41,050 nucleotides of DNA, from positions 224,227-265,276 of the forward strand of contig QPGO01000118.1 in assembly GCA_008632985.1 (NCBI GenBank), given 5' to 3'. Below the pieces are notes generated by a model. That model was given only the letters and a program-made list of their open reading frames with translations. It made no database searches and was not told where the DNA came from. Below, piece by piece: positions 35,070 through 41,050 of this stretch. Source of the DNA: Psammoneis japonica. Taxonomy: Eukaryota. A program made the position numbers and the translations under genes. Position 1 is the first letter of the stretch. Each line of letters opens with the position of its first letter.

Positions 35070-38000
35070 GGCAGCATTGCTGGCAACGACGTTCGCGTCA
35101 TTGCATGCACCTCTCGCCAAGTCGACGTTCAGGGCATTGACGACCATCAATTGGTGGACATCCCCATTGTCACCGCTGGCACCGTCATTGAGACACAGCA
35201 TGGTCCCGTTGTTGCCATCCTCCATCAGCACGCATGCACGGGAAAGGGCAAGACCATTCATTCCTGTGGCCAGCTCGAATGGCACAAACACGATGTCAAT
35301 GATCGCTCTGTCAAGGTGCCCAACGGCTTGCAGCGTGTTGCCACACCTGATGGCTGTGTCATCCCAATTGACATCAAGGGTGGCTTGCCTTGTGTTGCCA
35401 TGCGGCCCCACACTGACGACGAATGGGACACCCTGCCACATGTCATCCTCACCGGAGATGACACATGGGACCCTTCCGTCCTCGATCACTCTATCACTGA
35501 CAACAACCAGTGGTGCGACGTGATCTCGGACCCACAGGACGATCCCACTGCCAACCTGTTTGATGAGTGTGGCAACTGCCGTCACCATGTCGTTGTCAAC
35601 AAGGCTGTCATGTCTGCCTCCTTGTCTGCCGATCACGCGTCCGCCCTCGATGACCACCTCATTCCGAATGAAGACGTCTTCTACGAGTGTCATCTACACG
35701 CGATTGACCCCAAGGATGGTGACGTTCCGCCTCCGGAGCGCAATGTGCAGCCCACGGACCCCCCCTGCGAGTCTCTTTGGCCCCACTTTGGTTTCCAACC
35801 CACCGACACGGTTCGTCGTACTTTCGACTGCACCACGCAATGCGCCTGCATGCCCGCCGGCACGCACCTTAAGAAGGCCTACAAATCGCCCAACCCCGCC
35901 CTTAATGTGCACCGCCGCAACGAGCCCATCGCCACTGACACCGTTTGTGCCGACACCCCGGCCGTTGACTCTGGTTGCACCAGCGCCCAACTGTTTGTTG
36001 GTGCCGAGTCTACCATCACTGATGTCTGCGGCACCAAAACGGACAAAGAGTTTGTCAACACACTTGAGGATCAGATCCGTGAGCGTGGTGCTCCATCCAA
36101 ACTCATTGGCGACCGTGCTCAAGTTGAGATCAGCAACAAGGTGCTCGGGATTCTACGAGCCCTCTTTGTCTCCAGCTGGCAAAGCGAGCCTCACCAGCAA
36201 CACCAAAACTTTGCCGAACGTCGACACCAGACTGTGAAGTGCATGGCGAACACCGTCATGGACCGTTTCGGTTCACCTGCCCACACATGGCCACTGGCGC
36301 TCATGTGCATGTGCTTCATGCTCAACCACACAGCGTCCCCACGTCTCCACTGGTGCACGCCCCTCGACTCTCACTGGCTCCACCCCGGACATCAGCCCAT
36401 TGCTTCGCTTTCACTGGTGGGAACCCATGTGCTTCCACCTCGATGACTCCGATTGGCCGTCTGAATCCCATGAGTTGCGTGGACACTTTGTTGGGATTGC
36501 TGAGCATGTCGGCCACCAGATGATCTTTAAGATTCTTTCTGACGACACTCAGAAGATCCTCTGCCTGTCCAATGTACGTTCCGCTGCTGCCGATCCTTCC
36601 GTTCGAAACCTGCGTCTTGATCCTCCTGATGGGGAGCCACCTGAACCCATCATCAAATCTCGCCATGACGACAACCCCGTCGATTCACCTGATGGGGAGA
36701 TCAGGACACCCAAGGTGCCAGTCTTTGATCCGCAAGACATCATCGGATGCACCTTCCTCATGCAGCCACAAGAGGACGGACAACGCCACAGAGCTCGCAT
36801 CATCAAGGCCGTCGAAGATCACGACTGGAAAGTGAACGGCAACCCTGAGCTCACTAAGTTCATCTGCTCTGTCAACAACGATGAATACGAGGAAGTCCTG
36901 GCCTGCAATGACATCATGAATCACATTGAGCAAGAAGACGAAGACACTGCTGTTTGGAAATTTTGACGCATTGTGTCACACGAAGGACCTCTGAAGCCTC
37001 ATGACCCAACCTGGAAAGGCTCAAGCTACAACATTGTGCTTGAATGGGAAAGTGGGGAGATCACGTCCGAGCCTCTTGCCATCATCGCCAAGGACGGCCC
37101 TGTCACCTGCGCCATCTGTGCACAAGAGAACGGACTTCTCGACACTGATGGCTGGAAGCGGTTCCGCACCATCGCGAGGCGCCAGAAGAAGCTGTTCCGC
37201 ATGGCCAACCAAGCCAAGCTTCGCTCCTTCCACACTGCACCTCGCTGCAAGTGCAGACACGAAGTTCCCCAGAACTGCAAACATGCCATGTCACTAGACG
37301 AACGCAATGGCAACCGCAAATGGGGAGACGCAACCAATCTCGAGATGGACCAACTCGATGAATACGAAGTCTTTCATGACTGCGGGCCCTCCGAGTCTTC
37401 CACTCCTCCTGCGGGACACAAGAAGATCCGAGTGCACCCAGTGCACGACGTGAAACACGACGGCCGCCACAAGGCACGACTCACAGCCGATGGACACCTC
37501 ACGGACGTGCCCATCGACAGTGTCTGCTCCGGAGCAGTCTCCCTTCATGGCCTTCGGCTGATGATTTTCCTGGCCGAACTCAACGAGTTGGAGACATGGG
37601 CCACCGACATTGGCAATGCCTGCCTTGAAGCCACCACCAAGGAGAAGCTGTACATTGCAGCTGGACCCGAATTTGGCAAACTCGAAAGCCACATTCTTGT
37701 CATCCACAAGGCCCTGCATGGACTGCGCAGCTCCGGCCTCCGCTGGCACGAGTGCTTCGCTGACTGCCTGTGAGCTGAAGGTTTCTTCCCCTGCCACGCG
37801 GAACCTGACATTTGGATGCGCAGGAACGGCGACCACTGCGAACATGTTGCCGTTTGTGTGGATGACCTCCCATTGCCATGAAGGACCCTCAATCTTTCGT
37901 CGACACTCTCACGGAAAAGCACAAGTTCAAGCTCAAGGGCACGGGACCGATTGAGTTCCATCTAGGCTGCGACTTCTCCTGGGATCCTGACGGCACCTTG

Positions 38001-38920
38001 TGCCTGTCTCCGCGCAAGTGCATCGAATGCATGGTCGACAGCTGCACATGACTGTTTGGGGAGAAACCTGCCACCAATGCCCTGTCCCCTCTGGAGAAGG
38101 GTGACCACCCCGAACTGGACACTTCTGAACTGCTGGGGCCCGATGGCATTCAACAGTTCCAGTCTCTTGTTGGTTCCCTCCAATGGGCAGTGTCCCTTGG
38201 TCGAATTGACATTGCCACGGCCGTCATGTCACTCTCTAGCTTCCGAGCTGCGCCCCGTCAAGGCCACTTGGATCGTGCCAAACGTGTCTGTGGGCACCTC
38301 TCCAAGATGCGACACGGCTCTCTCCACGTTCGCACGGAAGAGCCCGACCATTCGGATCTCCCTGCACCGGCCTGTGAATGGATGCATTCCGTGTGCGGCA
38401 AAGCAGAGGAGATGATCCTGAAGGACGCTCCACCGCCCCTTGGCAAGTTTGTCACTGCCACCCACTACGTCGATGCAAACTTGCATCATTGCATGCTCAC
38501 CGGACGCTCTGTCATGGGAATGCTCCACTTCCTCAACAAATTCCCGCTGATTGGTTCTCTAAGAAGCAAGCCACCGTAGAGACTGCAACCTGTGGGTCTG
38601 AATTTGTTGCCGCAAGGACTTGTGTTGAGCAGATTGTCGACCTGCGCATCACCCTGCACTGCCTCGGAGTCCCGATCCGTGACATTGGTTGCATGTTCGG
38701 TGACAACAAGTCGGTTGTAGACAGTGCCACCATCCCGCACTCCAAGTTACACAAGCGACACACTGCGCCATTGTTCCACCATGTGTGTGAGGCAATTGCC
38801 TCTGGTTTCCTTGAGCTCCACTTCATCGAAGGCTCCCGCAACCCTGCTGACATTCTCAGCAAGCATTGGGGTTGCTCCCAAGTCTGGGACCTTCTCCGCC
38901 CCCTCATGTTCTGGAACTTC
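35070..38920 (+). pseudogene. Copia-2 pol remnant (partial PR, IN, RT, RH) with stops and frameshifts
   Basis: IAGNDVRVI, EPIATDTV, SEPHQQHQNFAERR, DVKHDGRHKARL, WATDIGNACLEA, KALHGLRSSG, VAVCVDDL, TVETATCGSEFVAAR, NPADILSKHW. Confidence 0.92.
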
Positions 38921-38972
38921 ATTCCATCCGAAGTCGAATCTGTTTCTGTGACTCCTCAAGCAAACTGGGGAG

Positions 38973-39246
38973 TGACAGGATTTGAACAAGATTCAGGTGC
39001 GCAAAATGTCGCGCGCTGTTTAGTTTGCCGTGCACAGTTTTGTGTGCTTTAGTTCCGCACGTTCGCATGCGATGCAGTTTGCTTTCGAGCCACAAAGCTC
39101 ACAAGAACAATGACAGCAGCCCGATCACACTGACTTGCACGTCTTTCGGCTCCTGCAACGGTCTCTGAGCGGAGACTCATCTGCCATTTAGACAGCAGCA
39201 AGGAGTTGTTGTTTGAGTTCTTGCCATTTGCCTTCAATTTCTGTCA
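38973..39246 (+). repeat. Copia-2 3' LTR
   Basis: Preceded by the PPT, followed by TSD AATGG. Confidence 0.93.
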
Positions 39247-41050
39247 AATGGTGTGACACAGGGATGAAGCCAAACATCCTGTGCTTGGTGGCAACAACCC
39301 AAATCCATCAACATCATTTTGAGTGCAAAAGCCAAACATCCTGTGCTTGGTGGCAACAACCCAAATCCATCAATGCATGGTGTGCTGTCAGAGCCATCAC
39401 CAAATGGTGGCTCTCTCCAAGTCTGTGAACACTGCAGCTTTTCCTTGAGTCTGCCTCCTGGTGTGAGCAAGGGCATGGGTGCATCTTGCTAAGATGGCAC
39501 ATCCCTGACATTCAGGTGCAGTTTCTGCACAGAGCCTGGCTCCAATGCCTTGTTGTACAACCCTGTTGCTCATGCCATGGTGCCAATGATTCAAGCAGAC
39601 AGTGCATTGCTGTCCATTGTCTTGGGTTGACAGACGCAGCGTGTGTGTGTGTTGCTCACTGAACAGCTGCAGGAACATGAAAAAAAAAAAAGAGATGCAG
39701 ATCTTTTGAAAAAGCAAAGTGTGAATCCAATGGAAATTTCTTTTGGGAGGAAGAAACAATGATGTGCTTGAAAATTTTGAAGCCACTTTTCTGAAAGAGA
39801 AAAAGAAAAGAGTGAAGCAAAGAGAGTGTGGCAATGAACCAGGAGTGTCATCAGGGCATTGTTGGTGTGACAGCATGCCAAAAGCAGCAGCAATGGGAAA
39901 GCAGCAGTGGCACAAATTGGGGCATTGTTGGAGTGACAGTGCACAGCGTCAAGCACGGGAAAACAGCGGCGACGTGCGCACGCGCATCGCTGCACTCTCC
40001 ACCATTGTGTGCTCTTGCACCACACAACAGAGGTCTCAGTGACACAGAATGGCAACCCTGTTTGTCACCTGGAAGCTTTTCATGCACAATTCGAGTTGCC
40101 ACAGCTTCAGCCCTTTGTCTCAAAAAATCCAAAGGGAGAGACCCTTTGCACACAGATGATTCGGCGCATCATGCTTTGCTCTTTGTGCTTCTCCACAGTG
40201 CAAAAAACCAAGTGTAGAGTTGTGGCTGGCACAACGTGACCCCTCCCAACAATGTCCCGAGCGCTGGTGTGACAACTTGCAGCACCTGCTAGCTAGAGTG
40301 GAGCTAGCTAGCTGCTAGAGTGGCAGCACCTGCCATTTTTGGCAACAGCCTTTTTTGCAAAATGCGCGATCGACCCACTGAATGGGGGCGTCTTGCTGGC
40401 GACCGTAGTTGAAGATGGTGAAGCTTACGTCATAGAAACGCCACCACACACTTTTTACTTATGAAACACCAAATGGCTTACTTAAGGACATGACATACGT
40501 CACCATCCACACTTTCGAACAGCACTCTCTAGGAGGGCCCTACTTTTCTACATACTGTACTGTAGTGACTGTCAATCACATACCGTACGGTACGACGATG
40601 ATGTCACAGCACACAACGCAGATAGAACTCAATATCCCAAATCTGCCGCACATCATTATTCTGTCTTCTTTCCTTCTGGTTGAGAATGCGATGGTGTTGA
40701 CCGATACTTCACCATGAGCACCGACAGAGAAGAAGCATACGCTAAACCTTGAATTTGAGGACGCCAACATATCATGGTACGTCTTTAAAAGGACGTTCAT
40801 CAGTCAATTACTGTACGAAGAACGTTGACTTGCATGTGTGTCCAGAGACACGACTGACGGAGAATTCTTTTACTTCATGCATCATCCCTTTTTTTAATCG
40901 CAGGCAGCCAATTTATGTTTCAATGGTTCTGACTTCGGTTCAGTGTGTATTTTTATTAATTGTCTTTGAATGTGCTAGACGGAATAAATTTGTAGAGTCG
41001 GTTTTACGACAGGCGGAGAGGAGTCTATGAAAAACGAATGCCGCCCCCTC

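Larger units (their letters stand above)
34790..39246 (+). mobile_element. Ty1/copia (second CoDi-like family), gag-deleted, hypermutated
   Basis: LTRs 34790-35065 and 38973-39246 (TGACAG...CTGTCA), TSD AATGG (34785-34789 and 39247-39251), PPT tggggag. Confidence 0.95.
33002..39404 (+). repeat. Dispersed ~43-bp motif gccaaacatcctgtgcttggtggcaacaacccaaatccatcaa, 3 copies (about 33020, 39269, 39331)
   Basis: Direct matches, with shared flanks gtgtgacacag and ggtgtgctgtcagagccat. Links the sequence on both sides of copia-2 to one older element. Confidence 0.8.

Noticed and set aside
39250..39404. CRISPR-like repeat-spacer pattern
   Set aside because: Only two adjacent copies, a eukaryotic TE context, and no cas genes.
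40280..40340. CTAG-rich short repeats as a Helitron 3' end
   Set aside because: No clear hairpin or linked RepHel; only marks the approximate edge of the mutated zone.
1..40430. Alternative genetic code, classical RIP or CpG decay alone as explanations
   Set aside because: Host genes and copia-1 use Tyr normally, RIP would raise TpA, and CpG decay cannot turn TAY into TGY/CAY.
40490..41050. Short ORFs in the terminal TA-normal region
   Set aside because: No recognisable domain; probably intergenic.

Overview
This is a eukaryotic, repeat-dense window, probably from a diatom (inferred from CoDi-type copia motifs and a short GT-AG intron). Host content is two paralogous DUF1275/YoaK-like membrane genes with C-terminal EF-hands and a 5'-truncated JmjC gene. 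These sit among nested transposons: a Helitron RepHel ORF running off the left edge, a complete Ty3/gypsy element (432-bp LTRs, CTGG TSD) carrying a 1.3-kb TTAA-flanked insertion, a degenerate MULE, a young Ty1/copia, a CRE/R2-like LINE fragment and a gag-deleted copia (AATGG TSD). The main signal is a repeat-targeted TpA->TpG/CpA (A:T->G:C) hypermutation on both strands, opposite in direction to fungal RIP. It has nearly removed TA dinucleotides and Tyr codons from every TE class, with YxDD becoming CVDD or CIDD. It acts after integration and in patches, precedes CpG decay, tends to spare TTA/TAA, and leaves host gene bodies mostly untouched. All counts were made by eye.
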